DNA from: an uncultured delta proteobacterium
Lineage (GTDB): Bacteria; Desulfobacterota; Binatia; Binatales; Binataceae
Reading direction: 5' to 3'
Length of the DNA stretch: 64,000 bases
Assembly (NCBI GenBank): GCA_963724765.1
Contig: CAVRVY010000001.1
Location: forward strand, 1,248,001-1,312,000
Positions 1 to 8,476 of the stretch are shown here, piece by piece; within the stretch, counting starts at the first letter, position 1; each line of letters opens with the position of its first letter. Position numbers and translations under genes: made by a program. The notes under the pieces are model-generated. The model was not told the origin of the DNA. It saw only the letters and a list, made by a program, of their open reading frames with translations, and did not search any database.

Positions 1-59
1 CCCCGCATTTTTGTCCGCGGCGAAATTGGCCGGTATCTCGACCAAAGAGGAAGCCGAAC

Positions 60-914
60 GTGAAAATCATTACGACGCCTGCGCAAATGCACTGCCGCTC
101 CGACGCGATACGCCGCGCGGGCAAGCGAATCGCCTTCATACCCACGATGGGCTTCCTGCATGAGGGGCATCTCAGCCTGATGCGCGAGGGCAGACGGCGG
201 GCCGAGGTCGTGGTGGCTTCGATTTTCGTCAATCCCACCCAGTTCGCGCCCAACGAGGACTTCGGCCGTTATCCGCGCGCCTTCGAGCGCGACTGCGAGA
301 TGATGAAGGACGTGCCGGTCGACCTGGTCTTTGCCCCGGAGCCGGATGCGATGTATCCGCCGGGCACGCAGACCTGGGTCGAGGCGTTCGAGATCACCAA
401 GGGGCTGTGCGGAGCGCATCGTCCGGGCCATTTCCGCGGCGTTACCACAGTGGTCGCCAAGCTGTTCAATATCGTCAAGCCGCACTACGCGATGTTCGGG
501 GAGAAGGACTTTCAGCAGTTGCGCGCGATCCAGCGGATGGTCAAGGACCTGAACTTCGACCTTGAGATCGTGCCGATGCCGACGGTGCGCGAGTCCGACG
601 GGCTTGCGATGAGCTCGCGCAACGCCTATCTCTCCGCCGAAGAACGCCAGCGCGCGCTCAGCCTGAGCGCGGCGCTGGAAGCCGCGCGCAGCGAGTTTGC
701 CGCCGGCGCTCGCGACCCGCGCGCGCTGGTGCGCGCCGCATGCGCGATACTCAGCGCGACGCCCGAACTCAGGATCGAGTACATCGAGGCGGTCGATTCG
801 GAATCGCTCGCCTCGATCGCGCGGATCGAACGGCCGGTGGTGGTCGCGATCGCAGCGCGCGTCGGCAAGACGCGGCTCATCGACAACGCGATCTTCTCAC
901 CGCCGCCCGAGTGA
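60..914 (+). CDS. panC: pantoate--beta-alanine ligase
   Basis: PTMGFLHEGHLSL, SIFVNPTQF, RPGHFRGV, FGEKDFQQ, GLAMSSRN and RLIDN motifs. Confidence 0.97.
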   Translation: MKIITTPAQMHCRSDAIRRAGKRIAFIPTMGFLHEGHLSLMREGRRRAEVVVASIFVNPTQFAPNEDFGRYPRAFERDCEMMKDVPVDLVFAPEPDAMYPPGTQTWVEAFEITKGLCGAHRPGHFRGVTTVVAKLFNIVKPHYAMFGEKDFQQLRAIQRMVKDLNFDLEIVPMPTVRESDGLAMSSRNAYLSAEERQRALSLSAALEAARSEFAAGARDPRALVRAACAILSATPELRIEYIEAVDSESLASIARIERPVVVAIAARVGKTRLIDNAIFSPPPE

Positions 915-916
915 GT

Positions 917-924
917 TTCAGAGA
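917..924. repeat. target-site duplication, left copy (TTCAGAGA)
   Basis: Exact copy at 3245-3252, directly outside the right inverted repeat. Confidence 0.93.
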
Positions 925-936
925 GGTAACTATCCC

Positions 937-965
937 TTGACTGTATAAGTTCCATTTGCTAGAAT
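937..965 (+). promoter_or_regulatory. sigma70-type promoter of the transposase, with the -35 inside the left IR
   Basis: TTGACT (937-942), 17-nt spacer, TAGAAT (960-965) with an extended -10 TG; the ATG at 973 lies 7 nt downstream, which suggests a leaderless mRNA. Confidence 0.7.
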
Positions 966-972
966 TCCTCTC

Positions 973-1914
973 ATGCAGATGAGAGACCGCAAATCCCCTT
1001 CGCGGCGTGCATCTTCTGAATCACGCTACTCGCTCATGGAGTTCATGGCCGAGTTTCCTGATGACGAAGCTTGCCTGCAACGGCTCTGGCGCGACCGCTA
1101 TTCGTCGGACGGCACGAACGCCGAGTGCTCGAAGTGCGACGCCGTGCGTCCGTTTCATCGGTATGGAATGAAGCAGCAAAGGCAGTCGTGGACGTGTACC
1201 GCGTGCGGTCATCACCTGCATCCGACGGCGGGAACGATCTATCACAAGTCGTCCACGTCGCTGCATCTCTGGTTCTATGCGATGTACCTGATGACGAGCA
1301 CCCGCTGCGGTATCTCCGCGAAGCAGCTTGAGCGGGAACTTGGCGTTACCTACAAAACCGCTTGGCGTATCTTCAATAAAATTCGGTCGCTGCTTGATGA
1401 AGAAATCCGCGACTTGGCGGGAACTGTCGAAACTGATGAAACCTTTATCGGCGGCAAAGAAAAGAATAAGCACATCGATAAGCGCCTCGATTCCGGTCGC
1501 GGTACTCTCGGCAAACAGCCCGTGTGGGGAGCGATGGAGCGCGGCGGACGTGTCATTGCGGTAGTCGTACCCGATACCAAAAAGACGACATTGCTCCCGC
1601 ACGTAATCGAGCGCGTGATGCCTCGTTCGACTGTCTATTCGGACGAAGCCTACGTCTACGATCCGCTTAAGGGGATGGGCTTTCAGCATAAGCGCGTCCA
1701 TCACGCGGCCAAGATTTACGTCGAAGGCAACGTACATGTGAACTCGCTTGAAGGATTCTGGTCGCTACTCAAACGCGGAATCGGCGGAGTGTACCATTCT
1801 GTTTCTGCTAAACACTTGCAGTCCTACGTGAGCGAGTATGCTTGGCGTTATAACCATCGCAATGACCGTCGTGCGCAATTCGATACGCTACTTGTTCGGG
1901 CCGCGAGGTCGTGA
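973..1914 (+). CDS. IS1595-family (ISXO2-like DDE) transposase
   Basis: N-terminal Zn ribbon CSKC...CTAC, HTH GISAKQLERELGVTYKTAW, VETDETFIGG, YSDE, NSLEGFWSLLKR, YVSEYAWRYNHR. Confidence 0.95.
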   Translation: MQMRDRKSPSRRASSESRYSLMEFMAEFPDDEACLQRLWRDRYSSDGTNAECSKCDAVRPFHRYGMKQQRQSWTCTACGHHLHPTAGTIYHKSSTSLHLWFYAMYLMTSTRCGISAKQLERELGVTYKTAWRIFNKIRSLLDEEIRDLAGTVETDETFIGGKEKNKHIDKRLDSGRGTLGKQPVWGAMERGGRVIAVVVPDTKKTTLLPHVIERVMPRSTVYSDEAYVYDPLKGMGFQHKRVHHAAKIYVEGNVHVNSLEGFWSLLKRGIGGVYHSVSAKHLQSYVSEYAWRYNHRNDRRAQFDTLLVRAARS

Positions 1915-2028
1915 CGGATGCGGCTGTGGCTTTGCCGCTTTTTTAAGGTTGCGCAAAAAGTCGCTACGCTTAGGAACGGGAATCTCATAGCCCTTTGGCG
2001 TTTTTTGAGTCGGCGGCTTGTCGCTCAT
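1888..2028 (-). CDS. 46-aa basic peptide MSDKPPTQKTPKGYEIPVPKRSDFLRNLKKAAKPQPHPSRPRGPNK, overlapping the transposase 3' end
   Basis: Translated by hand (ATG 2028 to TAG 1888); too short for the ORF track; the TPKGxEIPVP..DFL..LKK pattern resembles small ORFs I recall next to IS1595 transposases. Confidence 0.5.
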   Translation of the reverse strand: MSDKPPTQKTPKGYEIPVPKRSDFLRNLKKAAKPQPHPSRPRGPNK

Positions 2029-2719
2029 GGGAAATAGCCCTCTGGACATATTCGATGACATCAAAGCCTTGCTCTATCGGGCAGACGAACACCTGACGTG
2101 GATAAAAGAGATCAGTGGCGGTCGTCATGAAATCAATAACATTACCAATGATTCTGACCTTCAAACCGGACGCGTGATTCTTAAGAAATCCTTCGACCTT
2201 ATCGCGATCCAGGTCAGAATCCGCGTCGGTGAGTGTGCGAACAGCCTCCGCAGCGCCATGAATTATTTCACCTGCGCTCTGGCCGAGCAAAGCTCTAACA
2301 GAGTTGGCAAATACGTCCAGTTTCCGATTGAAGATTACCCAGATGTCTTCAAGAGTCGGCGGCATACCCATCTCGAAGGAATTTCGGAGGAATATATCGC
2401 ACTCTTCGAGAAGTTTCAGCCGTACAAGGGATGCGACTGGATGGCTTCGCTCCGCGACTTGTCCAATTTCCACAAGCACCGACGCTTGATTCACGTAAAG
2501 AAGGATGTTCGTCAACTCACTTGGTTCAAGCCGGTAATTCAAACAATAGGCGGTACGCCCAGTAATGCCATGAAGATGGAGCACAATCTGCTCTTTAAGG
2601 TAACGCTCGAAGATGGGCGCCCCATCGTACAGTCGCTTGAGATAATTCATCTGCGCGTTACCGAGATGCTTGATGAACTCCAAGCGCTTCTCAAGAAACC
2701 TGATTGAGCTATTGTTCAC
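1985..2719 (-). CDS. antisense ORF (about 244 aa) fully overlapping the HEPN-like passenger
   Basis: Open frame in a moderate-GC region; GTG at 2719 overlaps an upstream TGA (GTGA coupling), and its 3' end overlaps the start of the 46-aa ORF; may be only a shadow ORF. Confidence 0.3.
   Translation of the reverse strand: MNNSSIRFLEKRLEFIKHLGNAQMNYLKRLYDGAPIFERYLKEQIVLHLHGITGRTAYCLNYRLEPSELTNILLYVNQASVLVEIGQVAERSHPVASLVRLKLLEECDIFLRNSFEMGMPPTLEDIWVIFNRKLDVFANSVRALLGQSAGEIIHGAAEAVRTLTDADSDLDRDKVEGFLKNHASGLKVRIIGNVIDFMTTATDLFYPRQVFVCPIEQGFDVIEYVQRAISHERQAADSKNAKGL
2027..2707 (+). CDS. IS passenger protein, putative HEPN-like fold
   Basis: GECANSLRSAMNY...QFPI...FQPY...LRDLSNFHKHR contains an R-x(4-6)-H-type motif; ATG 2027 chosen over TTG 2018. 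Confidence 0.6.
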   Translation: MGNSPLDIFDDIKALLYRADEHLTWIKEISGGRHEINNITNDSDLQTGRVILKKSFDLIAIQVRIRVGECANSLRSAMNYFTCALAEQSSNRVGKYVQFPIEDYPDVFKSRRHTHLEGISEEYIALFEKFQPYKGCDWMASLRDLSNFHKHRRLIHVKKDVRQLTWFKPVIQTIGGTPSNAMKMEHNLLFKVTLEDGRPIVQSLEIIHLRVTEMLDELQALLKKPD

Positions 2720-2828
2720 GGCCACGTTGGATCGAGTTGTTTAAGAACGGATATTTGCTTAATCAAAATTCCCCTATGAAACCCAACTGGCCTGGTCAGT
2801 GGTGCACCAGCTGCTTCTTCAAACTTTT

Positions 2829-3188
2829 TCAGTTGTCGCGCTTGGGACTCCATATTTTAGCAATTTGCTCGCGTGTTTGTTGTTGCCAGACATGCAGGTG
2901 TTGTAATTCTAAATTCGGATCGGATAGCAGTGCCAAGCCATTGACGATTTGATCTTCGATCTCTTGCGGGAGAAAGGGCCAATGCCAACGAAAAAAGTCC
3001 CACCCGATAGCAAGCGCAAAGCATGCTAGAGCAATGAGCAGAAGTAGAATGCCCATTCCGTGCGATAGAAGCATCACAGCCGCGCCTATCGCCGTCACGG
3101 CAGTCCCGATCCACCAGCGACTTTTTGTGAGGCCGAGCGCGATCCAGCGGCTATTGCCCTGAGAGTCGTGTTGCCATGTGTTGCACAT
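2829..3188 (-). CDS. IS passenger membrane protein (2 TM helices), possibly frameshifted with a continuation at 2716-2853
   Basis: Hydrophobic segments WWIGTAVTAIGAAVMLL and MGILLLLIALACFALAIGW; -10-like TAGGCT 7 nt upstream of the ATG. Confidence 0.55.
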   Translation of the reverse strand: MCNTWQHDSQGNSRWIALGLTKSRWWIGTAVTAIGAAVMLLSHGMGILLLLIALACFALAIGWDFFRWHWPFLPQEIEDQIVNGLALLSDPNLELQHLHVWQQQTREQIAKIWSPKRDN

Positions 3189-3244
3189 GGCTCGTAGCCT
3201 AGCGCAAACGACGGGCGCACTTCTACAGTGACGGGATAGTTACC

Positions 3245-3252
3245 TTCAGAGA
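3245..3252. repeat. target-site duplication, right copy (TTCAGAGA)
   Basis: Exact copy at 917-924, directly outside the left inverted repeat. Confidence 0.93.
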
Positions 3253-3386
3253 ACTCCGAGCTGTTGCAATTCCCTCCTCAGTTGTTGGGGGAGGAGGTCA
3301 GAAGCGCTGTAAAAAAGGCACGGGGCGGAAGCGGGCCATCGGCCCGGTCCCGCCCCGGTGTGTAAGTGACTATAGCGGCGCGCGGT

Positions 3387-4712
3387 CTAGTAGTAATCGA
3401 CCGGGTCGATCTGACGCTTGGCGCCGTACCAGAACAGCATATTCTCGGTCAGCCCCTGCCAGGTGAACTTGCCCGGCGGCATCAGCAGCCGCTTGAACAT
3501 CGACTTGAACGAGTAGAACTCCTTGGTACAGCGCCACACGCCTTCTTCGACCTGCTGCGGCGAGAGCTTGTTGGGCACGAACATGCAGCGGAAGTTGTTG
3601 GTATACATGTCGGCGTCGGGGATGATGACGCGGCCTTCCTGCTCGAGTTTGGTGCGCATCGGCGTGCCCTTGCGCGGCGTGACCGTGTTGAAGAACGCCT
3701 CGGGGGCCTTGACCTCGTGAAGGAAGGCGAGGGTATCGTCGAAGATCTGCGGATGGTCTTCCTCCAGGCCGAAGAGAAAATTGAGCGAGTAGTAAATTCC
3801 GTAGTGCTCCAGCCGCTTCAGTAATTTCTTGTAGTCCTTGGTGTGATTCTGGATCTTGCTCATCGATAGCAGGCTGTCCTGGCTAATCGATTCCACTCCG
3901 ATATTGACGTGGAACACGCCGGCCTGGGCCGCCAAATCGAGCAGGTCCTCGTCATGGTTGGAATTGATGGTCCATAGACAGGAGAAACGGATGTTGAGCG
4001 GAATCAGCGCGCGGAACAGTTCGCGCGCGAACTTGTGTTTGCCGGTTATCTGGTCGTCGATGAACTGGAAGCGGCGAAAACCGGTGACCGCGATGACCTG
4101 TTTGATTTCCTCGACGATGTCCTCGATTGGGCGCGTGCGATAGCTGCCATCATAAAAGACCGGGATTTCGCAGAACGAGCAGCGGTACGGACATCCGCGG
4201 CTCGCCTGCACGGGCACCGCTTTGAACAGATAGCGGTTGAGCTTGAGCAGCTCGTGACGCGGCCGCGGCAGATTCTTGAGGTCGTGCAGTTTGTCGGCCT
4301 TGTAGGTGCGCTTGAGTTTGCCGTCCTGCCAGTCGCGCAAAAGCGGCTCCCATACCAGGTCGGCCTCGCCCTGGACCACCGCGTCGGCGTGCTTGAGCGC
4401 CTCCTCGGTCTGCAGCGTGGCATGAAACCCGCCCATCACGACCGGGATGCCGCGTTTGCGAAACTCGTCGCCGAGCTGGTAGGCGCGCAGCGAGGCGCCG
4501 ATGGTGGTGGTCATGCCGACTAGGTCCCAGCCGCCGTCGAAGTCGAGTTCTTCCAGCCGCTCATCGCACAGCGTCACGTCGAAGTCGTCCGGCGTCAGTC
4601 CCGCCAACAGCGGGATCATCAAACCCATGATCAGGCGCCAGCGCGTTTTATGCGGCGTACCGTCCAGATGGATCGTCGTTGGCTGTATCAGCAGGATCCG
4701 CGGTTTTTTCAC
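3387..4712 (-). CDS. cobalamin-binding radical SAM protein
   Basis: N-terminal B12-binding domain (DLVGMT...[10 protein letters not shown]...GEAD) and [11 protein letters not shown] CxxxCxxC motif. Confidence 0.9.
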   Translation of the reverse strand: MKKPRILLIQPTTIHLDGTPHKTRWRLIMGLMIPLLAGLTPDDFDVTLCDERLEELDFDGGWDLVGMTTTIGASLRAYQLGDEFRKRGIPVVMGGFHATLQTEEALKHADAVVQGEADLVWEPLLRDWQDGKLKRTYKADKLHDLKNLPRPRHELLKLNRYLFKAVPVQASRGCPYRCSFCEIPVFYDGSYRTRPIEDIVEEIKQVIAVTGFRRFQFIDDQITGKHKFARELFRALIPLNIRFSCLWTINSNHDEDLLDLAAQAGVFHVNIGVESISQDSLLSMSKIQNHTKDYKKLLKRLEHYGIYYSLNFLFGLEEDHPQIFDDTLAFLHEVKAPEAFFNTVTPRKGTPMRTKLEQEGRVIIPDADMYTNNFRCMFVPNKLSPQQVEEGVWRCTKEFYSFKSMFKRLLMPPGKFTWQGLTENMLFWYGAKRQIDPVDYY

Positions 4713-5899
4713 ACTGCCTCCTGGCGGTGCCGCGCTTGGGCGCCCCGCCGTTCAAGCTCGCTCTGCCCGTTGCGACGCGTGGTTATCCACCACATCACGA
4801 AGGCAAAGATGTAAGTGCCAAATGCCGTACCCCAGGCGAAATAGTTAATCCTGTCGAGCAGCGCCAGTACGACCAGCAGATAGGCGAAGTCGCGGCCGCT
4901 CACCCGTTCAACTTGCGCGATGAACTGCTCGGCCCGTTCGCCGTTGACGCGGGTCGCGCGCCAGGTCGTGAGCGCGCACAGTCCGAAGCCGACCAGCACG
5001 ATGGCGAGCAGGTAGATGTAAGTCCGGCTGCCGCTCGCCCGATAGCATCCGGCCATGATACCGGCGAAGAGCGCGACATGCACCAGGTTGTCAGTCGTAA
5101 CGTCAAGCCGTGCGCCCCATCGCGACTCGGTCATCTTGAGCCGCGCCAGCTCTCCATCAACGCCATCGAAAGTCACCGAGACCAGGAACATCAGCGCCGC
5201 AATCAGGCGCGGCCAGTAGCTCGGCAGGCTGAACAGCCACGCGCTCAGCAATCCCAGCGCCGTGTTGGCGAGCGTCACCTGGTTAGCCGTAATCGCGGTG
5301 CGCGCAAGGCGAAGGCTGATGCGCCAGGACAGCCGCCGGTCGACCCATCGCGCCATCAGCGCGTCCTTGTCGGCGCTCTCGCGGCGCAACTCGCGCGCGA
5401 GGCGAAGTTCTGCCTCCTCGACATCCGTCGGCCGCCCGTCGAGCGCGAAGGGCAACTGCCCGCTCGGCCTGAGTCGGGCAGCCACCGCACCCGAGCCATC
5501 GATTAACTGGCCCAAAGGCCCAGCCGTGAGACTCCCGCCGCGCGCGACATCGGTGCTTTCGACACTGACGACTTCGCCGGGCCGCGCTGCCTGGCCGGCG
5601 AGCAGCCCGCGTAACTGCGAGGCCGCCAGGACCATGTTGCCTCTCAGAGCTATGCAGGGCGCGTCGGCTGGCAGTTGCTCCAGGACCTGTGCAAATGAGC
5701 CGACAAAATTAACCTCGGGATGGTCGCGAAAGGAGCCCAAAGCAACGCGCAGGCCGCCATCGTCGAGGTCGCCGACTTCGATAAAGAACCGCTTCACTCC
5801 CGCGCGTTGACACATAAGCATCAGGCGCTCCAGCAGCGATCGCCCGAAGATCATGTTGCCCGCGCGGGCAGGAACGTTGATTAGCGCTGTATCAATCAA
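4709..5899 (-). CDS. CDP-alcohol phosphatidyltransferase with a degenerate N-terminal NTP-transferase-like domain
   Basis: TANQVT and [10 protein letters not shown]...GARLDVTTD signature; C-terminal TM helices; 4-nt overlap with the radical SAM gene. Confidence 0.9.
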   Translation of the reverse strand: MIDTALINVPARAGNMIFGRSLLERLMLMCQRAGVKRFFIEVGDLDDGGLRVALGSFRDHPEVNFVGSFAQVLEQLPADAPCIALRGNMVLAASQLRGLLAGQAARPGEVVSVESTDVARGGSLTAGPLGQLIDGSGAVAARLRPSGQLPFALDGRPTDVEEAELRLARELRRESADKDALMARWVDRRLSWRISLRLARTAITANQVTLANTALGLLSAWLFSLPSYWPRLIAALMFLVSVTFDGVDGELARLKMTESRWGARLDVTTDNLVHVALFAGIMAGCYRASGSRTYIYLLAIVLVGFGLCALTTWRATRVNGERAEQFIAQVERVSGRDFAYLLVVLALLDRINYFAWGTAFGTYIFAFVMWWITTRRNGQSELERRGAQARHRQEAV

Positions 5900-6098
5900 A
5901 GAAAGCCTTGTTGAACAACGGCTTTTAGACTAATTGGAGGTCAGAGTCAATGCACTGACCGTGCGGTCTGTCCACCCGGTCTGCCCCTCATCCGTCAGTC
6001 GCCTGTTCAAAACTTTAACTTTTCCGTAACTCCGCTCATTCCAGTTCTTAACGGTCTCATTTGTAGAGGCTCAATGCGAGGGCTGCTAAGCTGGGGCC

Positions 6099-6848
6099 GT
6101 GGCCAGTCCGACCCGGGCGATTTTATTTGACTTCGGTGGCACACTCGACCATCCACACCATTGGCTGGACCGTTTTGTGCGCCATTACCATGCGGCAGGC
6201 ATGCGGCTTAGCCGCGCCGAGCTGGATGTCGCGTATTCGCATGCCACGCGCACGGCTTACCAGGCCGGGGACGAGATCCATCGCCACAGCTTGCGCGCGC
6301 TGGTGAAGTTGCTCGTCGATCATCAGTTCGCCCATCTCTATCGCCACGGACCCGACAGCGTTCGCGAGCATCTCTTGGGCCTAGGCGAGGATCGTCATGA
6401 CCTCGCCGAGCGTATCGCGTCAGGCTTCGCCGAGGAGTCGGCCGACGGCCTCGCGCGTAGCCGCGGCTTGCTCAAGGAGCTATCGCGCGACTTCAAGCTC
6501 GGTGTGGTTTCCAATTTCTACGGCAACCTGCAGGTAGTCCTGTTCGAGGCCGGCATCCGCGAGCTTATCCAGGTCGCGATTGACTCCAAGCACATGCGCG
6601 TCTTCAAGCCTGACGAGCGCATCTTCCTCGCCGCGCTCAAAGTGCTCGACCTGCCGCATAACCAGGTCGCAATGGTGGGGGACTCGCTGCATAAGGATTG
6701 TGCACCTGCGCGCAAGCTCGGCATGCGCTCAATCTGGTTGCGCGGACATCACGCGGGCCCGGGCGAGCATCCGCAGGCGCGCGAGGCCGCATCGCTGGCC
6801 GACGATACGATCGATGCGCTTGATGAGTTGAAGAATCTCAAATGGTAG
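6099..6848 (+). CDS. HAD-family hydrolase
   Basis: FDFGGTLD, VVSNFYG, KPDERIF, MVGDS motifs. Confidence 0.9.
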   Translation: MASPTRAILFDFGGTLDHPHHWLDRFVRHYHAAGMRLSRAELDVAYSHATRTAYQAGDEIHRHSLRALVKLLVDHQFAHLYRHGPDSVREHLLGLGEDRHDLAERIASGFAEESADGLARSRGLLKELSRDFKLGVVSNFYGNLQVVLFEAGIRELIQVAIDSKHMRVFKPDERIFLAALKVLDLPHNQVAMVGDSLHKDCAPARKLGMRSIWLRGHHAGPGEHPQAREAASLADDTIDALDELKNLKW

Positions 6849-7591
6849 ACCGCCTTAGGGGCGCGATTATTGCCGCCGGCCGGGGCGAGCGACTGCGCGG
6901 TGCGGTGGACGATCTTCCCAAGCCATTGGTCGAGCTTGGGGGCGAGACGATGCTCGTGCGGCAGGCGCGAATGTTGCGTCACGCAGGGGCCGAGACCGTT
7001 GTGGCGCTGGTCAATTACGAGACCGCCGGGCTTATCGCAGCCCGTGCCGTCCGGATACCGCCATGGATGAAACTCCAGGTTCGCGATACGCCGAGTTCGA
7101 TGGAATCACTGTTTACGCTGGGCGAGCGCCTGCGCGATACCCCGCATTTTCTGCTTGCCACGGTCGACGCGGTGGCAGATGCGGCCGAGCTACGCCGCTT
7201 CGCCGCGCGCGCGCTGGAGCTGACCGGCGGGGCGGCGCGCGTCGACGGTGCGCTCGGCGTGGTGCGATGGCGCGGCGACAAACGGCCGTTGTTCGCCGAG
7301 GTCGCGCCGGATGGCACGATCGCGGCGCTCGGCGAGCGGGAGAGCGCGATGGTCACGGCCGGCTTCTATTACTTGCCCGCGTCGATTTTCGATTTTGCGG
7401 AGCGTGCGCGCACCCAGCGGCTGGACGCGATGCGTAAGCTGCTCGCGATGGTGGTCGCGGGCGGGATGCGCCTGGCCGCGATCGAGCTCGAGACCACGAT
7501 CGACGTCGACGAGTCGGCCGACCTTGCCGCCGCGCGTGCGATGGTTGCTGGCGCGCCGATGCGCGGTGAGTCAGGCGGGAGCCGTGACTGA
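6842..7591 (+). CDS. nucleotidyl (NTP) transferase
   Basis: AIIAAGRGERL...PKPLV; TPSSMESL; C-terminal IDVD. Confidence 0.88.
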   Translation: MVDRLRGAIIAAGRGERLRGAVDDLPKPLVELGGETMLVRQARMLRHAGAETVVALVNYETAGLIAARAVRIPPWMKLQVRDTPSSMESLFTLGERLRDTPHFLLATVDAVADAAELRRFAARALELTGGAARVDGALGVVRWRGDKRPLFAEVAPDGTIAALGERESAMVTAGFYYLPASIFDFAERARTQRLDAMRKLLAMVVAGGMRLAAIELETTIDVDESADLAAARAMVAGAPMRGESGGSRD

Positions 7592-7593
7592 CG

Positions 7594-8439
7594 ATGCGCG
7601 CGTTGGGGGTTTATCGCGAGACCGAGTTCTCGCCGGGCAAGGTCGAGCACGACGCCGCAATTCTCGACGCGGTGATGGGGGAGCTCAAACGCCACGGTGT
7701 TGAGATCTCGGTCATTACCGCCGCGAGCTTTGTCGAGGGTCCCGCGGCAGGCGCCGACCTGGTGCTCGCGATGTGTCAGGGCGAGCGCGCGCTCGGAAGG
7801 CTGGTGGCGCTCGAGCAGCAGGGCGCGATCGCGGTCAATTCGGCGCTCGCGATTCGCAACTGCTACCGCGATCTCCTGTGCGCCGGCCTAGTCCACGCCA
7901 GGGTGCCCGTGCCGACCGGCGCGCTGGTCAGGACCGGGGCGCGCCCGCCGGATCTGTCGCCGCTAGGCGTGCTGGACCTCGATTCCCCGATGTTCGTCAA
8001 ACGCGGCGACCTGCATGCACTTGCGCCCGACGACGTGCAGCGGGTAGAAAGCCGAGGCGCCCTGCGTTCAGCATTGGCCGGGATGGCGCAGCGCGGAGTG
8101 CCGGTCGCGTACGTGCAGCAGGCGGTCGAGGGCAGGGTGGTAAAATTTTACGGCGTCAGCGGCGGCGAGTACTTCGCGGCGCTGGACGAAGAAAGCGCAA
8201 GCGGCGATAGGGAATCGATATCCGAGCAGGTGCGGCTCGAACTGGCCAGGAGCGCGGCGGCCGCTGCGGCCACGCTGGGGCTGGAGGCGTGGGGCGGCGA
8301 TGCGGTAATCGACGGCGATCGCTTTATGATGATCGACTTCAACGACTGGCCGAGCTTCAGCCGGGTGCGCGAGGCCGCTGCCCGCGCGATTGCGCGACGC
8401 TGCCTGATGCTTGCGCGCCGGCCGCGCCCGGGCGTCTGA
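7594..8439 (+). CDS. ATP-grasp-like protein
   Basis: MFVKRGDLH, YVQQAVEG..VKFYGV, GGDAVI...IDFNDWPSF (RimK-like ATP-grasp pattern). Confidence 0.75.
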   Translation: MRALGVYRETEFSPGKVEHDAAILDAVMGELKRHGVEISVITAASFVEGPAAGADLVLAMCQGERALGRLVALEQQGAIAVNSALAIRNCYRDLLCAGLVHARVPVPTGALVRTGARPPDLSPLGVLDLDSPMFVKRGDLHALAPDDVQRVESRGALRSALAGMAQRGVPVAYVQQAVEGRVVKFYGVSGGEYFAALDEESASGDRESISEQVRLELARSAAAAAATLGLEAWGGDAVIDGDRFMMIDFNDWPSFSRVREAAARAIARRCLMLARRPRPGV

Positions 8440-8476
8440 GCCATACTTTTCCAGGAGATCCCTCGCAGGCCCCAGC

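Larger units (their letters stand above)
925..3244 (+). mobile_element. IS1595-family insertion sequence carrying passenger genes (2320 bp)
   Basis: Left IR GGTAACTATCCCTTGACTGTATAAGT (925-950) matches the reverse complement of 3219-3244 at 23/26 positions; identical 8-bp flanks TTCAGAGA at 917-924 and 3245-3252; encodes an IS1595-type transposase; visibly more AT-rich than the flanks. Confidence 0.95.

Noticed and set aside
1021-1737. 238-aa antisense ORF within the transposase
   Set aside because: Codon-aligned shadow of a clear transposase, with no motifs and no coupling to neighbouring genes.
3270-3360. G/C-rich hairpins beside the IS insertion site, with a similar purine run near 22605-22630
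   Set aside because: Could be a terminator or REP-like element, but the pairing is imperfect and no clear repeat family is visible in this window.
3387-4712. Calling the B12 radical SAM hpnJ, hpnP or hpnR
   Set aside because: I do not recognise the N-terminal signatures of those enzymes; it needs a phylogeny, so it is left unnamed.
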